From Meyerozyma guilliermondii (taxonomy: Eukaryota), in assembly GCA_051546255.1 (NCBI GenBank), contig CP128819.1, positions 558,001 through 622,000 of the forward strand: a stretch of DNA of 64,000 bases. Reading direction: 5' to 3'. The notes under the pieces were generated by a model that worked only from the letters and a program-made list of their open reading frames with translations, was not told where the DNA came from and made no database searches. Both the position numbers and the translations under genes were made by a program. Shown piece after piece: positions 10,159 through 19,660 of the stretch. Numbering within the stretch: the stretch's first letter is position 1; each line of letters starts with the position of its first letter.

Positions 10159-12063
10159 ATGTCTTATCGTACCCCAATGCGAACGAGGTCAACCACCTCT
10201 CATGGGAGCAGCACCCCGTCGCTGGCGAACCCGCCAAGGTCAGAAATGAGACGACTTGAAAGACCACCTTCAAGAACTTTTCGTCCTGCATCACCTCGTC
10301 ATCCTGGAAATCGATCTCGACCAGGATCATCTTTAGGAAGTTTTCCTAGTAGTGATAGCGCCAATTCTCGGCCATCAACTCCCTCGTTTCGTCAGGAACC
10401 ATATACTGGAAACATAGCCGTACTGATTCGTCCAAACCCACAATCCGTGCTGCCTAATAGTCCATGGTCCATCGATAGCATTGGCCAAACCATCACCAAT
10501 ACCACCGATTTTACGTCTTATTCATTCGATAACGTATTTCCCGCCGATGCTGAGTGTTCTAATAGATTTGTTTATGATAGAGCCGGCTCTGAACTTGTTA
10601 AGAAATTTTTGAACGAGGGCTATAATGCCACCATATTCGCCTATGGTATGACAGGCTCTGGAAAGACATTTTCAATGAAGGGTAACAACAGTGACCCAGG
10701 ATTTGTTCAGCTAGCCATTGATGACTTATTTGCAAAGATAGAATCAGATTCCAGGGAATACTCCGTTAGTGTCAATTACTTGGAGATTTATAATGAAAAA
10801 ATCATTGACTTATTGAGTACTGGATCAGCCACCGATCTCAAGATTAGGGAAGACCTGGCATACGGAAACTGTGTGGTCGGTGTCAATTCACCTTCTATCA
10901 CTTCGAAAGATCAACTTTTGCAGCTTATTCGTAAAGGTGACACCAACCGCAAAACCAGCGTTACAGACTATAACCATCGATCGTCCAGATCACACTCTAT
11001 ACTCCAGATAAGAGTAAGTGCTGTCGATAGAATTCGATGCAGGGAGCTGAACGCAACGCTTTCTCTATGTGACTTGGCTGGTTCCGAGCGTGCAACTTCT
11101 AGTCTTGAACGACTGAAGGAGGGAGCTTACATTAACAAGTCTCTTTTGGCGTTATCCACGGTGATCAATAAGCTTTCACTTGCCTCCACAACCCTCACAG
11201 CCGACCATATTCCTTACCGTGATTCCAAACTTACTCGTTTATTGCAACCAGCACTTTCTGGTTCTTCGTTGGTACTGATTCTTTGCACCGTTCATTTAGG
11301 TTCCGGTTCCGGTTTGACAAACCAGCACCGAATTTCTGAAACATACAATACTCTCCGATTCGCAGCAAGAGCCAAAGATATCGTGGTCAGTGTCAACAAG
11401 AACCAAATGAATATTGATGAAGATCTGTTGCGTCTAGTGGAAACTTTACGCAGAACCATCGAGACACAAAAGAACGAGATTACCATGCTCAAACAAAGCT
11501 CGACGTTCTCGGGTGAGACAAACGGAAACAGCGTAGAATTGCAACAAAAGGAAATGCAAATAGGTCAATTGCAGGCAGAATTGGCGGTTTGCAACGAAAG
11601 ACTTGAGCACTTTGCTCGTCTCACAGACTTGCAAAAAACAGAAACCATCATGTTGAAAAACGACACTGTTAATGACATCCTTGGTTCAGGGGCAGAAGAA
11701 CTGCAAATGATCATGGCCAATTTTGAAGAGTTTCATAGGCGACTCAACTATGAGTTGGAAGAAAGTAAATTGTACATCTCGCAATTGGAGATGCAACTCA
11801 GGAATGCATTATCCCACCAACAACCAGTCCATCGCTCAGCGGTGCCCAAGGAATATGAAACACGCATCAAAGACCAAGAGGAGGAAATATGGCACTTGAA
11901 GGAGCTTCTCAAGGATAAAGACCATGTTATCAAAAGTCTTACCAAGACATCGAAATTACGTAGGTTGGCTGATTCTACAAATACCGACCACAGAAAGTGG
12001 CAAGCGAGTGGAAACGAAAAGGACAGTCCCCAGAGACCTCTGGGAAACAGCTTTGTAATATAA
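10159..12063 (+). CDS. KIP2: Kinesin motor Kip2
   Basis: YGMTGSGKT, SSRSH, DLAGSE, HIPYRDSKLTRLLQ; Ser/Arg-rich N-terminus; next to RAD53. Confidence 0.88.
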   Translation: MSYRTPMRTRSTTSHGSSTPSLANPPRSEMRRLERPPSRTFRPASPRHPGNRSRPGSSLGSFPSSDSANSRPSTPSFRQEPYTGNIAVLIRPNPQSVLPNSPWSIDSIGQTITNTTDFTSYSFDNVFPADAECSNRFVYDRAGSELVKKFLNEGYNATIFAYGMTGSGKTFSMKGNNSDPGFVQLAIDDLFAKIESDSREYSVSVNYLEIYNEKIIDLLSTGSATDLKIREDLAYGNCVVGVNSPSITSKDQLLQLIRKGDTNRKTSVTDYNHRSSRSHSILQIRVSAVDRIRCRELNATLSLCDLAGSERATSSLERLKEGAYINKSLLALSTVINKLSLASTTLTADHIPYRDSKLTRLLQPALSGSSLVLILCTVHLGSGSGLTNQHRISETYNTLRFAARAKDIVVSVNKNQMNIDEDLLRLVETLRRTIETQKNEITMLKQSSTFSGETNGNSVELQQKEMQIGQLQAELAVCNERLEHFARLTDLQKTETIMLKNDTVNDILGSGAEELQMIMANFEEFHRRLNYELEESKLYISQLEMQLRNALSHQQPVHRSAVPKEYETRIKDQEEEIWHLKELLKDKDHVIKSLTKTSKLRRLADSTNTDHRKWQASGNEKDSPQRPLGNSFVI

Positions 12064-12145
12064 GATTAGGTATGGTGGGGTTTGATTAGGTTAATGTAAT
12101 TAATAGAAGGAAATTAAATTTCAGTGCGCGCGAATTTCCATATCA

Positions 12146-12151
12146 ACGCGT
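12146..12151. promoter_or_regulatory. MCB (MBF) element in RAD53 promoter
   Basis: ACGCGT just upstream of the ATG; GCGCGCGAA nearby at ~12126. Confidence 0.55.
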
Positions 12152-12173
12152 AACCACCACTCCAGTTCAAGGC

Positions 12174-14570
12174 ATGGATTTCACCCAGCCCACTCAGACC
12201 CAGCCCACCCAGCAGGCCCCTGAAACACAGCTAGGTGACCGGCTTAATGGTGATACCAACTTGATCTGTCGTTTAATATGCACTACGGGTCAATATAGTT
12301 ACTTCGATTTGACAAAGACAAAGGATGATCGAACATGGACTGTGGGTAGAAACGGCACCTGTGACTTTGTGTTGAGCACAAGTACACGGCTATCGAACAA
12401 ACATTTCAAAATATGGTTTAATGAGGGCGATAAGACGACTTGGATCCAGGATACCTCTACTAATGGAACCCATTTGAACAACAGCAGATTGGTGAAAGGT
12501 TCCAATTATATGCTAAATCAAGGAGATGAAATAGCCGTAGGTGTTGGTGTGCCTAAGGACGTTGTAAGGTTTGTGGTGTTGTTCACGGATGAGTTCAATC
12601 CAGCCAAAGTCGCTGGTTCGAGTGCCGATAATAGCGAGCTGGGCATTCATAGTGACTTCATAATACGCCAAGAAGCCATTGGCCAGGGTGCGTTCGCCAC
12701 CGTGAAGAAGGCGATAGAAAGATCTACTGGAGACTCGTATGCTGTGAAAATCATAAACAGAAGAAAGGCACTCAATGCTGGAGGAGCCATGGTGGGTGTC
12801 GATCGTGAGCTTCAGATTCTTCGCAAACTTCACCACCCCAACATTGTGGCCCTTAAATCGTTCTACGAAGATATGGACAACTACTATCTCGTCATGGAAC
12901 TTGTGCCTGGCGGAGATTTGATGGACTTTGTGGCTGCCAATGGTGCAATTGGCGAAGATGCCACCCAGGTTATCACTAAGCAAATCCTCGAGGGAATCTC
13001 ATATGTGCACAAACTAGGTATTCTGCATCGAGATTTGAAACCGGACAATATATTAATCATGCAAGATGACCCCATTTTGGTGAAAATTACCGACTTTGGC
13101 TTGGCCAAGATTAGCGACAATGCCACTTTTATGAAAACTTTTTGTGGAACGCTTGCATATGTGGCCCCTGAGGTTATTACTGGAAAGTTTGACTCGTCTC
13201 AAGATTCCTCAAGGGCAAACTACTCGTCGCTAGTTGACATTTGGTCGCTTGGTTGCCTCGTTTATGTGCTTCTTACATCACATCTTCCCTTCAACGGTAA
13301 AACACAGGCACAAATGTTTCAAAAAATAAAACAGGGAGAGTTTCACGAGTCTCCTCTTAATTCATATAACGTATCTCCAGAGGGCCGAGATTTCCTAAGA
13401 GCATGCTTGCAAGTCGACCCACGACAGCGAATGACAGCCGAGCAGGCATTAAAGCACAACTGGTTAAGTGCTCTAGACTCGTATACTGAAGAGCTGCAAA
13501 AAGTGTTGAGCTTATCACAATCACAGTCCCAGCAGTCAAGAAAGGTGGACAATGGTATACCTATCACGGATCCAATCAGCAAAATAGATGAGGAATTGAT
13601 GTTAAGACCCTTGGATAGTGAGCGAAACAAGAAGAAAAACAATAATGAATTCAAGGTGCCAAAGAGAGTTGTACCAATGCCTCAATCGCAACCACCTAAA
13701 TTCAGCCAGGATTCGCAAAAGAATGGACCTTCACCTGTCAAGAGAGGTAGATCTGAAGAAGACAATTCACCATTGAAGAAGCAAAAAACAATAGAGCCAG
13801 TTACTTTGGCGGTACCTAATGGTGTCAGAGAACTTTCGCAGCCTCATTCAGTCAAATCACCAACTCGCAGTGATACACCAAAAGATACATTTATACATCT
13901 CAAACCATTGAAGGACTCCATTGCCCACGCTCCTATATTCATAAGGCAAGGAGTTAATCCGTACGCAGTAGGGCGGAACGAAACATGTGATACGTTCATT
14001 AACGACGACCGAATGTCTAAAATACACTGTTTGTTCAACAAAAAGAGACACCCAGTGTTTGAAAAATCAATCTATGAAAGTCCCGCTCACTGTTTAGATG
14101 ACGTATGGCTACTAGATTTCAGCACAAATTCGTGCTTGGTGAATGGTGTTGTCTTGGGGAAGGGTAAGAAAGTGCAGTTATTCAATGGTGATCAAATTGC
14201 TTTCTTTCAAGATGGTACAACGCACGAAGTTCTTGGATTTGAAGTTGATATTCATGACCCAACCGGTCTCTTCAATGGAGGAGAACGACTTCCTGAAAAT
14301 GACCCAAAATTTGTTAATGTAATGAGACAAGATGCAGCTGACTTGAAACTTCGGCCAAAGGTAGTACTAGAGCTGGCAGTTGCAGAACGGGGTATGACTT
14401 CCAACCCAGTCAAGATTGCTTATGGTACGGGCGGAAGCTTAAATCTGGTACTTCGGCACCAACGCAAGAGAATAGACGAAGAAACGAAAGTGCCTGGAGG
14501 AAGCCAAACATTGAAGCGAGCCAGTCTCCAAATAGGACAGCAGCGGCCCACGAACTCATGGATAGGATAG
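12174..14570 (+). CDS. RAD53: DNA-damage checkpoint kinase (SCD-FHA1-kinase-FHA2)
   Basis: N-terminal TQ cluster, FHA, kinase (TFCGTLAYVAPE), SQ cluster, second FHA. Confidence 0.96.
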   Translation: MDFTQPTQTQPTQQAPETQLGDRLNGDTNLICRLICTTGQYSYFDLTKTKDDRTWTVGRNGTCDFVLSTSTRLSNKHFKIWFNEGDKTTWIQDTSTNGTHLNNSRLVKGSNYMLNQGDEIAVGVGVPKDVVRFVVLFTDEFNPAKVAGSSADNSELGIHSDFIIRQEAIGQGAFATVKKAIERSTGDSYAVKIINRRKALNAGGAMVGVDRELQILRKLHHPNIVALKSFYEDMDNYYLVMELVPGGDLMDFVAANGAIGEDATQVITKQILEGISYVHKLGILHRDLKPDNILIMQDDPILVKITDFGLAKISDNATFMKTFCGTLAYVAPEVITGKFDSSQDSSRANYSSLVDIWSLGCLVYVLLTSHLPFNGKTQAQMFQKIKQGEFHESPLNSYNVSPEGRDFLRACLQVDPRQRMTAEQALKHNWLSALDSYTEELQKVLSLSQSQSQQSRKVDNGIPITDPISKIDEELMLRPLDSERNKKKNNNEFKVPKRVVPMPQSQPPKFSQDSQKNGPSPVKRGRSEEDNSPLKKQKTIEPVTLAVPNGVRELSQPHSVKSPTRSDTPKDTFIHLKPLKDSIAHAPIFIRQGVNPYAVGRNETCDTFINDDRMSKIHCLFNKKRHPVFEKSIYESPAHCLDDVWLLDFSTNSCLVNGVVLGKGKKVQLFNGDQIAFFQDGTTHEVLGFEVDIHDPTGLFNGGERLPENDPKFVNVMRQDAADLKLRPKVVLELAVAERGMTSNPVKIAYGTGGSLNLVLRHQRKRIDEETKVPGGSQTLKRASLQIGQQRPTNSWIG

Positions 14571-14606
14571 ATGGCATATAATATAGAATGAATGTGTCTA
14601 GTATAT

Positions 14607-15608
14607 CTATTGAACTGGCCAGTAGCCTGGGAATAAGAAATGCATTTTCTCAAGCAATTCCTTCTTGACTCCATGGGGACTGGTACTAACAGAGTACTTC
14701 ATGGATCCCTTCAAGCCCTTACCCACACCACTGGTTCCAAGTGCCAAATCTTTACTTACAACCTCAATCAAATGAGCAGCAAGTTTGCAGGCATTGGCCG
14801 AGTTAGCCTTCAAGTTACCAACCACCGTTTCGACCGTCACTGGATCTTCACTTTCGTTCCACGAATCGTAATCTGTAGACATACAGATCATCTGGTAAGC
14901 GATCTCTGCCTCACGAGCCAACTTGGCCTCGGGCAAAGCCGACATATTAATCACAGATCCACCCCAGCTTCTATAGAGCTTGGATTCAGCACGAGTACTG
15001 AACTGAGGGCCCTCCATACAAATCAACGTCAAGTCCTCGCCGTTGTTGGTATTGTGCTTGGTATGGAAGGTTGGGCGAGCATCTGTCTCAAATCCTTCCA
15101 AAAATCCAGAAGAGGGAACATTTTCGCTAATAATTTTACTCAAGGTGAGATCAAAAGGCTCACCAAACATAGCATGAGCAACAAATCCACGTTCAAAGAA
15201 AGTCGATGGTCTGATACCCTTAGTTCTGTCAATGATCTGAGTGGGGAGTACAAAGTCTCTTGGCTTAATTTCCTGTTGCAACGATCCCACAGCAGAAAAC
15301 GCAATAATAGCCTCGACTCCCAAACTTTTCAACGCCGCCATATTGGCCCTAGAAGGAACATCGGTGGGCAACAAATCATGGTGCTGTCCATGTCTCGCCA
15401 AAAACGCCACCGCATACCCTGAATCTGTCTCAGAAATGGTAATTGGGGCCGAGGGAAACCCCCAAGGAGTGGAGATAGTCAATCTAGCCACCGGCTTAAG
15501 ATTGGGTAAATCGTACAAACCAGTGCCTCCAATAACCGCCAACGGTACGGGCTTGTCAAAGTGATGTGGTAAACTGCCAAGTTCTATGTGTTCCCTGTGT
15601 GCTGCCAT
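14607..15608 (-). CDS. MEU1: 5'-methylthioadenosine phosphorylase
   Basis: IGGTGLY, FLARHG, MEGPQFSTRAES, TDYDSW; ATG at 15608. Confidence 0.93.
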   Translation of the reverse strand: MAAHREHIELGSLPHHFDKPVPLAVIGGTGLYDLPNLKPVARLTISTPWGFPSAPITISETDSGYAVAFLARHGQHHDLLPTDVPSRANMAALKSLGVEAIIAFSAVGSLQQEIKPRDFVLPTQIIDRTKGIRPSTFFERGFVAHAMFGEPFDLTLSKIISENVPSSGFLEGFETDARPTFHTKHNTNNGEDLTLICMEGPQFSTRAESKLYRSWGGSVINMSALPEAKLAREAEIAYQMICMSTDYDSWNESEDPVTVETVVGNLKANSANACKLAAHLIEVVSKDLALGTSGVGKGLKGSMKYSVSTSPHGVKKELLEKMHFLFPGYWPVQ

Positions 15609-15708
15609 TGTGATCAATTTGGTGATATTATTGGTTAATCTCCGTTGAACCATCTACCATCGTGGGCTCTTCCACACTTGGTACTGCATGGTGTATAGGT
15701 GCTAAGTG

Positions 15709-15716
15709 CACGTGAC
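15709..15716 (-). promoter_or_regulatory. Cbf1-type site (GTCACGTG) upstream of MEU1
   Basis: CACGTGAC ~100 bp upstream of a methionine-salvage gene. Confidence 0.5.
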
Positions 15717-15764
15717 CTACCCGGGGACCAATTTATATTATCACGCAGCGGACGATCCTACAAC

Positions 15765-16745
15765 ATGTTGCACGCCATCACGTATGGGAAACGTTGCGCG
15801 ACAAGCCGGTCGGGCTTTTTAGTGCTGGCGGTGCGCCTGGTTTCGTCAAAAGCACCGAAAGGTGATCAGACTCAATTTAGGGACCTGACAAATGTTGCCA
15901 CACATAAGCGTAGATTGTCATCGAGTTATACCACCAAACCAGAAAAAATTATGGATAAGAAGATAGATATTTTGGACGATAACAACAGTGCCAGTCGGTT
16001 TGTGCCGTCAGAAAGTTCACCATCCGCAAACAAGAGAGCGTTTGTTCCTGTAGAACGGTTCCCCAAGGCACCAGAGCATATCATTAACATGTCGACTGAC
16101 GACTTGTATTCCCAGCATAATATCCAGTTTGGCACCCCGCCTCCCAAGGAGAAAGATAAAGATAAATACGTGGATTTCGTGATACCGGACCGCTACTTGA
16201 AGTCGGTCAGATCGAAGCAGATCACTCCTAAAGATAAGGCAATGGTTGAGGAACTTGAAAATTTGATAAAAACAAACGACGAGTACCAGATCGCCCAGTC
16301 GCAGTATAATCTTATCAAACTCTATTATGACCAGGATTCAGACTCATACCAACCGATGCCAGAACATGCATTGAAGAAATCGTTGTCTGGTATGATTAAT
16401 CTTAACCCTAGCATGGATGATATCGAAGATGATTACTTGTGGCAATTGTTCCCCAAAGGTAGCTTGTTTGGAGTTCCTCCTTTTGAAAAAGATGCTGCAT
16501 CTCACTCGTTCAAACAATGGGAACACGAGATGCTTCAGAAACAAAAGAAGACAGACGTCCAAAAACAGCATGATTTACAAGAGTATAATGAGTTCAGAGT
16601 ACTTTTAAGCGACTCTAAATCATTTTTCCGCAAACCTTCGAACAGCAATAGGAAAAAATTGGACCGGAAGCTCCTTAAAGAGTACAAAAAGATGAAAACC
16701 AAGGGCAAGTTGCCCAAGGATGATGATGACGACGAACCCCTTTAG
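15765..16745 (+). CDS. Uncharacterised protein with mitochondrial-presequence-like N-terminus (possibly Pet20/Sue1-like)
   Basis: 326-aa ORF; Arg/Ser-rich, acid-free N-terminus; family call is weak. Confidence 0.6.
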   Translation: MLHAITYGKRCATSRSGFLVLAVRLVSSKAPKGDQTQFRDLTNVATHKRRLSSSYTTKPEKIMDKKIDILDDNNSASRFVPSESSPSANKRAFVPVERFPKAPEHIINMSTDDLYSQHNIQFGTPPPKEKDKDKYVDFVIPDRYLKSVRSKQITPKDKAMVEELENLIKTNDEYQIAQSQYNLIKLYYDQDSDSYQPMPEHALKKSLSGMINLNPSMDDIEDDYLWQLFPKGSLFGVPPFEKDAASHSFKQWEHEMLQKQKKTDVQKQHDLQEYNEFRVLLSDSKSFFRKPSNSNRKKLDRKLLKEYKKMKTKGKLPKDDDDDEPL

Positions 16746-16771
16746 TAAAGCATGTATTCAAATATAAGTAT

Positions 16772-18802
16772 TCATTCTACAATGTGTAGTTCAACGTCTC
16801 CGTAACCGTATTTGTGTTTGTTTTCTTCGAAAACTCGCTTGAGTTCATCGATATAGAGTTTATGGTAATGGTCAAGTATTTCTTGAGGAACGCTAACTCG
16901 TTTCCTCTTTGATGGTTGCTTCCCCTTGGAAAACTTGAATAGATTGGATATTGAAGGCTGGCGCTTGTTTGTCTTGAGTGAACTGGAAGACGTTTTTTCA
17001 TCCTTTTCTTTTTCATCTTTCTCAGTTTCGGGCTCTTTGTATTGATCCAATAAGCCGGCTGGAATATGAATGGGCCGTCCAAAGCAGACATTGATGGGAT
17101 TTCTGTAAGGAAGAAACCCAAAGTCGTAAATGAACACACCTCTAGCGCTGAAAAATGGAACCGTGAATTGAAATGTGCGTTTCATCCAAGATTGGAACAT
17201 TTCTCCAAATGAACCTGGTTTGGGTTTGGTGATTCTGTAGATGTCAGCTTCTCCAAAACCAAACGTAGGCACGAGTGAAACGTTGCCCAACTCAATCGCT
17301 ATCTTGACGAAACCCTTTCTCTTATTAAGTACAAGTTCAATTTTCTTTACGCCGGTTTCTTCCTTGTTTTCTTCAATCTTACGCTGAGGATCAAACTCGC
17401 TATCGGTATCACTGTCATTGGGCAAATTGCTCTTTCCGTAACGACCGGGAACTGTGGTTGCGGCTACCATATCGTTTAGGAGCGATTCCTGAGCACCTCC
17501 AACAACGACACATATCGAGTTGTCTCCGTTGCTTATAAGGCTCTTGATGTTTTTAGCCGAAGCACTGGTGAGTCCCATGCCCAAGATATAGTCACGGTAG
17601 TACGGCACAATAAATTGGGTTGTCAATGTCAATGGAAAGACGGTGCCAATACCGGGAAACAACCGTTCTCCCTTGGAAGAGTCGTGGAAAAATGGCTTTA
17701 GCAAACGCAAGGGAGGTTCGTACGGCTCGTTACGCAACGCATTGGTAGCGAAAGTTCCAAAAACACCCATCGAAATTACTCCATGGGGATGGTATCCAAA
17801 GATGTAGCGAGGACCAGTAGACATACGTTTCACTTTACGTCTTGTGCTTAAAGACTCTTGCAGCAGTGAGCACTGCGACGAAGCATCCGAGTCGTCATTT
17901 AAGCGTTTTCGAAGCCCCAAAAATTTGAAAAGTTTATCGACTCCAGTTCGTGATTGCTCTGAGATAAGGTCTTCTTCATCATCGGGCACCACATCGTCTT
18001 CAATAATAACATCGCTAAAGGTAGGCTCCAACTCACAAGACTTGTGGACCCTGATAGGAAAATAGTCAACGAACCAATCCCACACAATGAAATTCTTCAT
18101 CCAGTCGCGAGACCGATACGCAACCTTACCGTTTGTAGGAGTATGTAAATCGATAAGATACCACCATAAAAAGTACGGCAATATCACCCCTACCCAAGCA
18201 AACGGACCCAACGACAAAGTCAAGAAAAACAAACTGACAAACGTGGGAATACAAATGGTGTGCCAGATTATCCCCACCATCTCCAAGCGCCGTCGAATGG
18301 GGATATTAAGAGGTGCCACATTTATATACTTGGGACGTTCATGCTTTTGAGGAGTTGGACCTTTAGGAGCCAGAGACGACATGCGCAGCCTTTTCACTTC
18401 AGAAGAAGATCGTTTTTGTTTTCTATTTTTCAACCCATCATCTCCATCACCATCGTTATCTTTGGAAATAAGCTCAATTAGCAGATCACCCTCATCTGGT
18501 TTCTCAATGTTCTCTGTAATCAAATCACGGGTTTCTTCGGAACCAGCTCCTGTCATAGGACTGGTGGCTGTGTTTTGGGAAACTTGGTCATTTTCCATGG
18601 GATTGTCTTCATGTTTAGTGATCTCCGGTACAAGTTTCTCGTCATGTTTAGTACTCTCCGGTACCAGATTCTCGTCAGGTTTAGTGGTCTCCAGTAGCAG
18701 ATTCTCTTCAGTTTCACGGTCAAAACTCGATGATTTCGCTTCTTCAACCATATTTGGTATATCACTGGCACCCCCAGTGCTTTCATCAACCTCCTTGGTC
18801 AT
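16772..18802 (-). CDS. DGA1: DGAT2-type diacylglycerol acyltransferase
   Basis: YFP, YHPHG, VVGGAQE, RKGFVKIA, FGEAD motifs. Confidence 0.93.
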   Translation of the reverse strand: MTKEVDESTGGASDIPNMVEEAKSSSFDRETEENLLLETTKPDENLVPESTKHDEKLVPEITKHEDNPMENDQVSQNTATSPMTGAGSEETRDLITENIEKPDEGDLLIELISKDNDGDGDDGLKNRKQKRSSSEVKRLRMSSLAPKGPTPQKHERPKYINVAPLNIPIRRRLEMVGIIWHTICIPTFVSLFFLTLSLGPFAWVGVILPYFLWWYLIDLHTPTNGKVAYRSRDWMKNFIVWDWFVDYFPIRVHKSCELEPTFSDVIIEDDVVPDDEEDLISEQSRTGVDKLFKFLGLRKRLNDDSDASSQCSLLQESLSTRRKVKRMSTGPRYIFGYHPHGVISMGVFGTFATNALRNEPYEPPLRLLKPFFHDSSKGERLFPGIGTVFPLTLTTQFIVPYYRDYILGMGLTSASAKNIKSLISNGDNSICVVVGGAQESLLNDMVAATTVPGRYGKSNLPNDSDTDSEFDPQRKIEENKEETGVKKIELVLNKRKGFVKIAIELGNVSLVPTFGFGEADIYRITKPKPGSFGEMFQSWMKRTFQFTVPFFSARGVFIYDFGFLPYRNPINVCFGRPIHIPAGLLDQYKEPETEKDEKEKDEKTSSSSLKTNKRQPSISNLFKFSKGKQPSKRKRVSVPQEILDHYHKLYIDELKRVFEENKHKYGYGDVELHIVE
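18606..18704 (-). repeat. 3 x 33-bp coding tandem repeat in the DGA1 N-terminus
   Basis: tcttcatgtttagtgatctccggtacaagtttc / tcgtcatgtttagtactctccggtaccagattc / tcgtcaggtttagtggtctccagtagcagattc. Confidence 0.85.
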
Positions 18803-19660
18803 CTTGCTGGAGTTTGCGGGGGAATGGAAACAAACGACAGGTGATGAACCCGAGGCGATTCGGGGTGTTTGAACGTCAGATCAATGGAAACCCAGATCTA
18901 CAACGTGGTGCCTGGTCTCGATATGTACCGCCTCTGTGCAGATACAGCAATTAATTTCTCTGCTAAAGTTACCCTGTGGGGGGATCCCAAGTGTTTCCCG
19001 TATTTGGTAGTCCTGCAGACAGATGCAAGACCCCTTACTTGATCGGTTCAAGCGGGGTGCCCCACTCACCTAAAGCGTGGCCTGAAGTTTATTCCCGCTG
19101 CTTATTTAGGCTGGAGTCTTGGCGGTGATTGCTTTTGTTAGTTTGTTGCAAATTGTCATATATGTTCAGGATGTGATTTTGCATCATAAATGACATCATG
19201 ATTTCCTTGAATTGATAATTGAAATGTTATTGACTTCATAAGCGTATTTTGTGTGCTTGTCTGTTCCTACTATTTCCTTCTTTCTCTAATATGAATGATT
19301 CTTCAGTTGTGTCTTTCCTGATCTTTTCGCACTGAAGAATCATTTTCGCATTAGGATTCATTTTCGCAACCTGAATATCGTATCTTTGAATGTAGAAAGA
19401 GACTTGATTACATACAGTCCACCATTTATTCGTGAACGGTACATAATCTGCGATGATGGATGAAGCCATGATTTTTATGTGCACAAAAAATTTCTCCAAT
19501 GAGAAACAAAAAGCACCAAACAGCTTCAATTCAAGTATGTAAGTCTCATCACACAAGCTCCCGTTTCGTAATTGTAGATCTTATCTTCGTAAGACCCTGT
19601 GGTACTGCATACAAACATAAGAGTTCGCGGTCGATTCGATTTAAGGTTGAGTAGTATCTA

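Noticed and set aside
14640..15422. 260-aa ORF antisense to MEU1
   Set aside because: Shadow ORF of a conserved gene, no motifs
19236..19556. 106-aa intergenic ORF
   Set aside because: Non-ATG start, no recognisable domain
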